From Trichoplax adhaerens (lineage: Eukaryota; Animalia; Placozoa): a stretch of DNA of 7,657 nt. The notes under the pieces are model-generated. The model was not told where the DNA came from. It did not search any database and saw only the letters and a program-made list of their open reading frames with translations. The stretch's first letter is position 1. Every line of letters starts with the position of its first letter. Location of the stretch: contig NW_002060946.1 in NCBI RefSeq assembly GCF_000150275.1, positions 6,606,804 to 6,614,460 on the forward strand. The letters run 5' to 3'. A program made the translations under genes and the position numbers. Shown here piece by piece: positions 1 to 7,657 of this stretch.

Positions 1-79
1 GAATTCTTATTTTCATAGCTTAATCTGCCAGCATAGAAGAAATTACAACAATTCTAACAAATTAAACTGTTTTCATTCA

Positions 80-99
80 ATATATATATATATATATAT
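80..99 (+). repeat. (AT)10 microsatellite before the 5'-UTR intron acceptor
   Basis: Direct read; (AT)13 in copy 2. Confidence 0.95.
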
Positions 100-114
100 G
101 TAGAAACTGACAAC

Positions 115-680
115 ATGAAGTTCACGTTGGTCTTACTTGCCTCACTTCTCTTCTTGGCCGTCGCTGTACGTGCCGAGGAAGAACAACCTACAACTATCGA
201 AGAAGTTAAAGATCAAGCCCCAGCAGAAAATGAAGAGGGCGAGGTAGCTGAAAAAGAAGAAGACGAGATCGAATCTCCTGAGAATGAATTACAAGATAGA
301 GAAGCAGATGAAGAAGAAGAAGAAGTACCTGAAGAAGCTAAAGCAGCCTTCGTAAGTTATTGATAAACTCTTCATTTTGTCTTCAATGTTGTACCTTATG
401 AAGACTATTCTGTCAATTACCTCTAGATGATAAATAATGTCAATAGTATACTCCAGTAAACTTCAAATAAGGTGCTTCTTAAATTTCTCACTTCGAAATA
501 TCATCATTTTAACAGTGGAGACGCCGTCGCCGTCGTCGTCGTCGCTTCTACTACCGTCGTCGCTTCTTCTACCGTCGTCGCTTCTTCTACCGTCGCCGCT
601 ACTGGTACCGCCGTCGCTTCTACTACCGTCGTCGCTTGTCCTTCAGCCGCCGCCGATTCGGAAAGAGTGCCGAAAACTAA
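115..680 (+). CDS. Spliced CDS join(115..351,516..680), 133-aa secreted prepropeptide (copy 1): signal peptide + acidic propiece + Arg/aromatic-rich putative antimicrobial peptide
   Basis: ATG in ACAACATG context. Hydrophobic signal MKFTLVLLASLLFLAVAVRA, then a 59-aa propiece with 28 D/E. Donor TTC|GTAAGT at 352 and acceptor TTTTAACAG|TGG at 515 join in phase 0. The downstream exon reads WRRRRRRRRRFYYRRRFFYRRRFFYRRRYWYRRRFYYRRRLSFSRRRFGKSAEN* (TAA 678-680). The same structure is conserved in copy 2. Confidence 0.88.
352..515 (+). other. Phase-0 GT-AG intron (164 nt) separating the prepro exon from the mature-peptide exon, copy 1
   Basis: Consensus GTAAGT donor, pyrimidine-rich CATTTTAACAG acceptor, AT-rich interior, and an in-frame stop just after the donor if unspliced. 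Confidence 0.88.
537..659 (+). repeat. Coding 18-bp minisatellite (consensus CGTCGTCGCTTCTACTAC = RRRFYY), copy 1
   Basis: About 6.5 tandem units, preceded by further CGY codons. Confidence 0.92.
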
Positions 681-855
681 GCAACTTCTTCAATAGAAAG
701 GATAAGACAACTTGTAAACTTTAGTGACTGAAGATAAACACAATAGTGATTCGTAGAAATTACAATATAAAATGTAGTAGAACAGAGAATAGCATTATCT
801 TTAAACTTGATGTAAATTGTCATTATCCTTGATTGGCAACTATTTTTACAACAGT

Positions 856-861
856 AATAAA
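856..861 (+). terminator. Polyadenylation signal, copy 1
   Basis: First AATAAA after the stop, 175 nt downstream, conserved in copy 2. Confidence 0.55.
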
Positions 862-1177
862 ACTCTAATTGAAAACATCTATTTGGTATAAATTACCATT
901 GCAATCTATTGTTGATGTAAGTAACAGGCCAAAATACCAATCACCAGACGATAGTACACTGTAGAATTTTTCATCAAATCATTCTAAATAGACTGCATGT
1001 AAATCGGCTAAATACGCTTATTTTCCCTTTTCAATCATAATCTATCGAAATATAAACGCAATCAGTTTACTTTACAAATAAAAATATATAAGATAGCTAG
1101 TTCCCTTAGCTACAATCTCTTTTCGAGATTTCCAGTGATGCATAACCAAAAATCGTATACTGTTACTACAAGTACAC

Positions 1178-1335
1178 AATCGAGTAACCTAAGATTTGAT
1201 TCAATACAAGTAGAGCAGTTCCCTTATGTTGAGACGATAGTAATGATATCGGAAGTAACTTTAAAATTTGATTCAATGCAAATAAAGTAGTTTCTGTATG
1301 TGATGCAGCAATATTAAAATCGAAAGTAACTTTAA
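1178..1335 (+). repeat. Degenerate ~71-bp tandem repeat (about 2.2 units) in the 3' flank
   Basis: AGTAAC recurs at 1183, 1254 and 1325. The first two are followed by ATTTGATTCAAT. Also present in copy 2 from about 7540. Confidence 0.75.
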
Positions 1336-2871
1336 TGCAGGCCTGTTTATTTATACGTCCGCCAAAGAAAAGAAAAACTGTCCAAACAATTTAGAGAAAT
1401 AGGATAATGGTGCTTAGTCTTGTAATTTTGGGAAAGTCGATTCATGTTCTTGTATTAGCCTACTATATTCCTATACTTTAGGGCAAATACATTACTTTAA
1501 CACCTCAAAAACTTGATTTTCCATCTATCAGGGTAAAACACACATTACGTTCTATCTCATACCTTTTAAATCCACTTTTGTAAATATCCATACCTTCACC
1601 TTAACCCTTAACTCTTAGCTAAGGCTTATGCAACACAGAGTACCATATACATATAAACTGTAAAGGATTTGAATTACGTACTAGTCTTTCTTTTAGATGC
1701 GATTTAGCTGCGTAGATACACACTTAAACTACACATCAGATGTGTAAAAGAATATTCTGAGTCAAATAGTGTTACACTAGGTATTATCGATATACTACCA
1801 AAGCACATAACTACTAATAACTAGGTACAATTATTACATTTCCTGAACAGCAAAGATAATAGAAGAGTTCAGTAGAGCTTGAGTACGATGTTCAAATTTA
1901 TTAATGATATATTACTATCTTTCGAAGAGGAAAATGATGACAGTAAAGTTGTAAATCCGTATACCATAATTATTATCGCGCTGTGCATCATCCATGTAAT
2001 ATTATTACAGAGTCAACGGTGACAAGATATGGTAAAAGCTGTTGTAATTCTTTTACAATCTATACTATATTATCGATATTAGTGGACTTAAACTAAAGCA
2101 GGCGATCTCAAATTAAATATTAAGTAATCGTATAAATGATATGATACGTGCACGATTCTCATAGGCTTTTAATCATTTCAAACATCTAAACTTCCGTAGC
2201 TTTAGGATGTAGTCTTACGGATAGTGAACAATAACTGCAAATACTGTACTATATTCACACCTAAGAGATAGACTTCGCAATGGTTGTCACAGTATGTGCT
2301 TACAATATACTTCATCTTATCGCACCTTAATTAAATCTAATGGCTAATTGCAAGTTTACAAGTATCAATTAATAAACAAGGCGACTATAGAGAGATTTCA
2401 AACCTCATTACAAGATCAATCTCTCTTATAATAAGATCTAATAGTGTATGCAGAATAAAGTATCGTTACTGAAAGGTTATTACGGCTGCATAGGATATCA
2501 CTAATACAAACTCCCGTCGCTTTGCTGACGGTTTACGATAATGTACCCGTTTGTTAACAATGAACAGATAGTATTACCACTCGACATATAGCAATCAGAA
2601 ATAACCGGGACAGGGGAACTACAGTAGGGTAAGACTACGAATTGCATGAGAGCAATAGAACTAATAGTACCTACTGATGTGTATCAATCACTTATACCTT
2701 CTCAATAATATTTACATAAACCCTACAGATCATTCATTTCAATACGAATTCCGTTTTCGTTAACATAGCATTAATACTGTATATATTGTAACCATCCTTA
2801 TTCGGTAAACATACTACTGTAATACGAAAGTTACTTAAGGTTGGTAAGCGAAACTGTCAAAATATACGTTA

Positions 2872-3112
2872 ATGCTATATTAACATTTGTTCACGGTACA
2901 AAGCACAGTATGATAACTAATGTACGGTGATGGACATGCCAAGTTAACATTAGTAGGTACTGTAAGATATTTAAGATTAGTTCATGGTACGAAGCACAGC
3001 ATGATAAGTAATGGACTATGCTATATTAAGATTAGTTAATGGTCCAAAGTGTACATTATGATAACCAATGTACGGTGATGGACATACCAAGTTAAGATTA
3101 GCAGGTACTGTA
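2872..3112 (+). repeat. Compound tandem repeat A-B-A-A-B
   Basis: 2872..2964 matches 3018..3112 (ATGCTATATTAA...AATGTACGGTGATGGACAT...AGGTACTGTA). An extra A-type unit lies between them (about 2965..3017). Confidence 0.88.
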
Positions 3113-3464
3113 CAATGTCCTTAGTACTGTAGTCAATTCTATGCCAATCTTTGTAACGTGTCTAAGGATCGCTTGCATATGCAAGCAAAGCTTGCTCTGT
3201 CGATAAAAACCGTTGTGTAGAAAACTCTATAAAGATTCTATGTTTATTCAATTTTCATCAGAGTATTACATCAAATCAAAACTGAAAGGTCCAGTGGCCA
3301 CCCTTAGCGATATAACGAATACTATTTTAAAAATCAGTACTCTGCAGGAATTGCTATGTTAGAGCTATTCGTATTATATGAAGAAATCTTGAGGTAAAAA
3401 GTACTGTAAGAATCTTATATTGACCTATTGAAATGAACCCATAATCAAAGTCATCTAATAGTAG

Positions 3465-3649
3465 TATAAATACCCCGCGCAGCTCGTTTGAAGGTGGTGG
3501 GTGAGTGGAATTACCTAAGTACTTCTATGATCATCAATTATTTATTATAAAGGCATGATTATAAATACCCCGCGCAGCTCGTTTAAAGGGTGGGTGAGTG
3601 GAATTACCTAAGTACTTCTATGATCATCAATTATTATTATAAAGGCATG
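3465..3649 (+). repeat. Near-perfect tandem duplication, 95-bp period
   Basis: 3465..3557 and 3560..3649 both read TATAAATACCCCGCGCAGCTCGTTT...TATAAAGGCATG, differing by about one substitution and two small indels. Confidence 0.95.
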
Positions 3650-4399
3650 TCACCAAACACTTTAATGCATACTTAAGTGTTGATAACGTTGTATTTTCTT
3701 AACAAGAGTACCTTATCCATTTGAGCTATGCGCACATTTATTATGATCTACTGTATTGCCTCTATTACTTCGACGTAAGTAAGTATCATAATAAAAGTGC
3801 AACCATATTTGATTCAGTATTTTACTTGCTAATAATTAAAGGTATTGGAAGATGTAGGTGTAAGCTATTACGATTAAGATTCACTTTTAATTAGATTCGT
3901 CCTAATGTACAACAATATTTAGCTTATACTGTAGGTCTAACTAACAGTGTTGAAAGCTTAATTTACGTCAGATAGACTTCAGTTAGTCTAACTCTTCGAA
4001 TCTTTAATGAGCTAATAATCACAATATCATTTCCATTCCATCAAATATACTGATGCTGGACGATAATGACACTTGAATTTGGTGTCGTAAGAAATTAAGT
4101 ATTGGTAACTTATAAAACTGTCTACTTGTAGCTAGTAGAGTTATATTCGTGAATAACATTCCGTATTATTCATAAGAACTTCAGTTATATAATATTTGAT
4201 TCAAATTTACATTTAATCATATCATTTTATGCTATACCTAAATATCTATGATCAAGTGTTTGCTTTTTTGGTTAAAGCAAAGATTATATTAATGTAACAG
4301 CTTAAAATATCATATGACTATCCATATAAGATTTCAAAACTTAAGTAAGTCATCTTACAAGCTTGTATTATACCGTAGCTTATCATTTAGAGAGAACAA

Positions 4400-5364
4400 C
4401 ATTGTCCTTATCCTTTTATCGTGCTTTCCTTCGCAAATGCGAGAATCGAAATAGAGACCAGTTTACTAGCAGCATCGTATCAACTATACTATACAACCTC
4501 CACTCTCACTTGGCTAATGAAGATTTGAAAAGTTTCTCTCACTACTACTTCCTTCCCGTCATTTTATATAGTAATAATCGAGCCTATAACCCCTGGTTAC
4601 CAGATACTTATAATTCTTGAGGCACATAATATGCTATGCCTTTAACAATATTTGCGGTACTAGCATTTATTCTTTCATTGTCCATGACTGAAACAAGAAT
4701 CACTAGATAATAATCCATAAAATAACTAATTTCCTAGCCAATTCGACTGTTGTATCCCGTCGCCCTTGACAATAACAACTGATGTTTACCATTAACGATA
4801 GTAACATCCCTATTTCATTTCTGCCAGGCCTACAAAATATTCTGTGAAGTAGAAATCGTGATTCTTTAAAATCAATTTTCATAATAAGATAACCTGGCAG
4901 CAATGTACAAGTGATTGACTGTGTAAATATCTATAGATATATCTCTTACCTATCTGCAAATAAATGCCCAACAATTCTGTAAATGAAATGATGCTTGGAG
5001 TGACATTTAATCTTTAAAAATAAAAATAGTAACAACTACTCTTTGAATATCATAATAGCGTAGCGACCTTGATTTCTTTCAGTTCCTTCATAAATTACAA
5101 TTATTCAGACATTCTTGACTTTTATGAATTTAGATCATTTATTCACAGCCAATAAAATTCCAGCCTCTTCCGTCTGACTATCTCCTATTGTGAAAGTCTC
5201 GATAATAAAAATCTTCAAAAAGATTTATTAATTATGAGAGTATGCTAGTCTGGGACAACTATTGTAGATATTCATTGAATTAATCAGACAAGTAGAACTT
5301 CGCAAGGAATGATGCCTTAAGTGGCCAATCTTTATTTTTTATTCAGCTTGTTAATAGCTACATA
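4400..5364 (-). pseudogene. Possible highly decayed protein kinase pseudogene (IRAK/Pelle- or TKL-like)
   Basis: Minus-strand fragments fall in kinase subdomain order across several frames with stops: YVAINKL (5364-5344), SFLAK (5312-5298), HDF/TSQNIL (4860-4833), GLAE (4830-4819), TANIVKGIAYYVPQEL* (4658-4608), RLDYY (4585-4571), MTGRK (4562-4548), CEGKHDKRIRTM (4435-4400). Recognised by eye only. Confidence 0.4.
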
Positions 5365-6227
5365 ACAATATGGAGTAAGCAATCTTCTATTGTTAAAGAA
5401 TAATAACATCCATAACAAATTCTAGTGAATTCACAATGAGGAAATCATGTAATCAACCGCCAATGGTTTAATAAATATACAATTGTTATTAGCATTTCCC
5501 CATCCTTTATCTACTTATATCTTATTATCTAGCGCTACTATTAATAATGCTAATGTAGCATGTTCATTAGCATCCATAGTTATTAGAAGAACAATTCACG
5601 TACAGTACGGTAGCATTGTAAATATACTTATTATATCTACTACTTAACAGTCTTCTAAACGAACATAGCAACAAGTTATTTATTCCTCTAGTCCAAATGG
5701 TTCAGATGTTAGAAACGCAACATTGCCAATGAAAAACTGTGCAATCATCGGATAAATAAAAGAAAACCATCTCTATTGTGTCTTTTCACCCACAAATACT
5801 ATTACACTGCATACGATTACGTATCGAAAATAACCTACTTCTATGTAATTTTACTGTTTCTGTACCTATATGAATAAAATAGATTAAATATAAGTTACAG
5901 TGTTGAAAATGGTATATTAACTGTATAGAATATAACAAGATTTTAAACTGACCAATTCAAATCGCTATACGGGAATATTGCTTTCCAAAATTTGGTAACA
6001 TCTTCTACAGATAATTTTATATACTACTCGTAGATGTTGAAGTCATGGTTAGCCAGTAAGTAATAATTAAATAATGTAAATTTAAATTCTTTGTCGCCTC
6101 TATTATCCCAAAATAACAAAAGACATCAAGCTCTTGCTGCACAACTACTGGAAATTAATTCGAGTTTCCCATTTTGCGTATTCAATTTAAGATCCTCCTT
6201 CTTCAGTATTTATTATCTGCACGAGTG

Positions 6228-6270
6228 TATATAAAGGTCTAACATTCTCACATTTCCTTAGAACTCATTG
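6228..6270 (+). promoter_or_regulatory. Core promoter of copy 2: TATA box with likely transcription start near 6260-6267
   Basis: TATATAAAG at 6228-6236 and initiator-like TCATT at 6265-6269, followed by a short non-coding exon and splice donor. Confidence 0.6.
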
Positions 6271-6306
6271 CACACGCAAGGTGTATAGAGAAACTGTCTT
6301 GATACG

Positions 6307-6411
6307 GTAAGGAAACTATTTCAGCTTTATATCGAATTCTTATTTTCATAGCTCAATCTGCCAGCATAGAAGAAATTACAACAATTCTAACAAATTAAAC
6401 TGTTTTCATTC

Positions 6412-6442
<31 letters not shown>
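6307..6442 (+). other. Putative 5'-UTR intron (136 nt) of copy 2; the copy 1 equivalent ends at 103 and begins before the window
   Basis: CG|GTAAGG donor at 6307, about 70 nt after the TATA box. TGTAG acceptor ends at 6442, 11 nt before the ATG. Confidence 0.6.
6413..6438 (+). repeat. (AT)13 microsatellite before the 5'-UTR intron acceptor
   Basis: Direct read. Confidence 0.95.
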
Positions 6443-6453
6443 AAACTGACAAC

Positions 6454-7034
6454 ATGAAGTTCACGTTGGTCTTACTTGCCTCACTTCTCTTCTTGGCCGT
6501 CGCTGTACGTGCCGAGGAAGAACAACCTACAACTATCGAAGAAGTTAAAGATCAAGCCCCAGCAGAAAATGAAGAGGGCGAGGTAGCTGAAAAAGAAGAA
6601 GACGAGATCGAATCTCCTGAGAATGAATTACAAGATAGAGAAGCAGATGAAGAAGAAGAAGTACCTGAAGAAGCTAAAGCAGCCTTCGTAAGTTATTGAT
6701 AAACTCTTTATTTTGTCTTCAATGTTGTACCTTATGAAGACTATTCTGTTAATGACTACTAGATGATAAATAATGTCAATAGTATACTCTAGTAAACTTA
6801 AAATAAGGTGCTTCTTAAATTTCTCACTTCGAAATATCATCATTTTAACAGTGGAGACGCCGTCGCCGTCGTCGTCGTCGCTTCGTCTACCGTCGTCGCT
6901 TCGTCTACCGTCGTCGCTTCTTCTACCGTCGTCGCTTCTACTACCGTCGTCGCTACTGGTACCGCCGTCGCTTCTATTACCGCCGTCGCTTCTACTACCG
7001 CCGCCGCCGATTCGGAAAGAGTGCCGAAAACTAA
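6454..7034 (+). CDS. Spliced CDS join(6454..6687,6852..7034), 138-aa secreted prepropeptide (copy 2): signal peptide + acidic propiece + Arg/aromatic-rich putative antimicrobial peptide
   Basis: First coding exon is identical to copy 1 except for one fewer GAA codon. Donor GTAAGT at 6688, acceptor AACAG ending 6851. The downstream exon reads WRRRRRRRRRFVYRRRFVYRRRFFYRRRFYYRRRYWYRRRFYYRRRFYYRRRRFGKSAEN* (TAA 7032-7034). Coding indels between copies (3 and 18 nt) preserve the frame. Confidence 0.88.
6688..6851 (+). other. Phase-0 GT-AG intron (164 nt), copy 2
   Basis: Same donor and acceptor as copy 1. I counted 7 substitutions versus 352..515, none in the splice sites. Confidence 0.88.
6873..7013 (+). 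repeat. Coding 18-bp minisatellite (RRR + aromatic triplet), copy 2
   Basis: One more unit than copy 1. Confidence 0.92.
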
Positions 7035-7209
7035 GCAACTTCTTCAATAGAAAGGATAAGACAACTTGTAAACTTTAGTGGCTGAAGATAGACACAATAG
7101 TGATTCGTAGAAATTACAATATAAAATGTAGCAGAACAGAGAGTAGCATTATTTTTAAACTTGATGTAAATTGTCATTATCCTTGATTGGCAACTATTTT
7201 TACAACAGT

Positions 7210-7215
7210 AATAAA
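7210..7215 (+). terminator. Polyadenylation signal, copy 2
   Basis: AATAAA 175 nt after the stop, the same position as in copy 1. Confidence 0.55.
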
Positions 7216-7657
7216 ACTCTAATTGAAAACATCTATTTGGTATAAATTACCATTGCAATCAATTTTTGATGTAAGTAACAGGCCAAAATACCAATCACCA
7301 GACGACAGTACACTGTAGAATTTTTTCATCAAATCATTCTAAATAGACGGCATGTAAAACGGCTAAGCACGCTTATTTTTTCTTTTCAATCATAATCTAT
7401 CGAAATATAAACGCAATCAGTTTACTTTACAAATAAAAAAATATATATATAAGATAACTGCTTACCTTGGCTTCAATCTCTTTTCGAGATTTCCAGTGAT
7501 GCATAACCAAAAATCGTATACTGTTACTACAAGTACACAATCGAGTAACCTAAGATTTGATTCAATGCAAGTAGACCAGTTAGTTCCCTTACGTTGAGAC
7601 GACAGCAATAACATCGGAAGTAACTTTAAAATTTGATTCAATGCAAATAAAGTAGCT

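Larger units (their letters stand above)
1..1290 (+). repeat. Long direct repeat / gene duplication, copy 1 (truncated by window start)
   Basis: Aligns collinearly with 6334..7655 from GAATTCTTATTTTCATAGCT through GATTCAATGCAAATAAAGTAG. Confidence 0.97.
6334..7657 (+). repeat. Long direct repeat / gene duplication, copy 2 (truncated by window end)
   Basis: Near-identical to 1..1290, offset about 6.33-6.37 kb. Confidence 0.97.

Noticed and set aside
1-6. Window begins with an EcoRI site, suggesting a cloned restriction fragment
   Set aside because: Other GAATTC sites occur internally (e.g. 6334) and the far end is not EcoRI; probably coincidental.
115-363. Unspliced 82-aa ORF ending AAFVSY (and 6454..6699)
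   Set aside because: VSY-stop is read-through of a perfect GTAAGT donor; the spliced model gives a coherent precursor.
472-696. ORF with VVASST repeats (and 6808..7050)
   Set aside because: Shadow frame with a non-ATG start inside the intron; not in phase with the donor at the best acceptor.
437-724. ORF with PSSLLL repeats (and 6773..7078)
   Set aside because: Shadow frame of the 18-bp coding repeat; starts inside the intron.
1888-2022. 44-aa ORF MFKFINDILLSFEEENDDSKVVNPYTIIIIALCIIHVILLQSQR with a hydrophobic tail
   Set aside because: Short, and hydrophobic bias is expected in AT-rich DNA; no supporting promoter or homology.
2872-3649. Spacer repeats as a CRISPR array
   Set aside because: Tandem units without unique spacers, no cas genes, eukaryotic context.
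4363-4620. 85-aa plus-strand ORF
   Set aside because: Non-ATG start, no recognisable motif; lies antisense to the putative kinase relic.
4703-4903. 66-aa minus-strand ORF
   Set aside because: Non-ATG start and no motif in this frame; the kinase-like fragments lie in other frames.
5547-5573. 9-bp inverted repeat ATGCTAATG/CATTAGCAT (also palindrome ATATCTATAGATAT at 4927-4940)
   Set aside because: Short and AT-rich; expected by chance.
6161-6170. kappaB-like site (GGGAAACTCG on the minus strand) upstream of the TATA box
   Set aside because: Imperfect match to GGGRNWYYCC, single occurrence, could be chance.
6628-7047. Minus-strand 139-aa ORF with SDDGRR repeats
   Set aside because: Antisense shadow of the repeat running through the intron; no equivalent ORF is listed for copy 1.

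Overview
AT-rich eukaryotic (most likely animal) genomic DNA carrying two direct copies, about 6.3 kb apart, of a small spliced gene that the ORF track misses. Each copy splices in phase 0 across a 164-nt GT-AG intron (join 115..351,516..680 and join 6454..6687,6852..7034). The product is a 133/138-aa secreted precursor: a 20-aa signal peptide, a very acidic propiece, then a cationic-aromatic C-terminal peptide W-R9-(aromatic triplet-RRR)n-F followed by GK-SAEN, a likely amidation signal. This resembles an arminin-type prepro-antimicrobial peptide in architecture, but I do not recognise the mature sequence. Copy 2 also shows a TATA box and the donor of a 5'-UTR intron, and both copies have an AATAAA. 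The spacer holds several short tandem duplications and a possible heavily decayed protein-kinase pseudogene on the minus strand. I found no RNA genes, CRISPR arrays or recognisable transposases.
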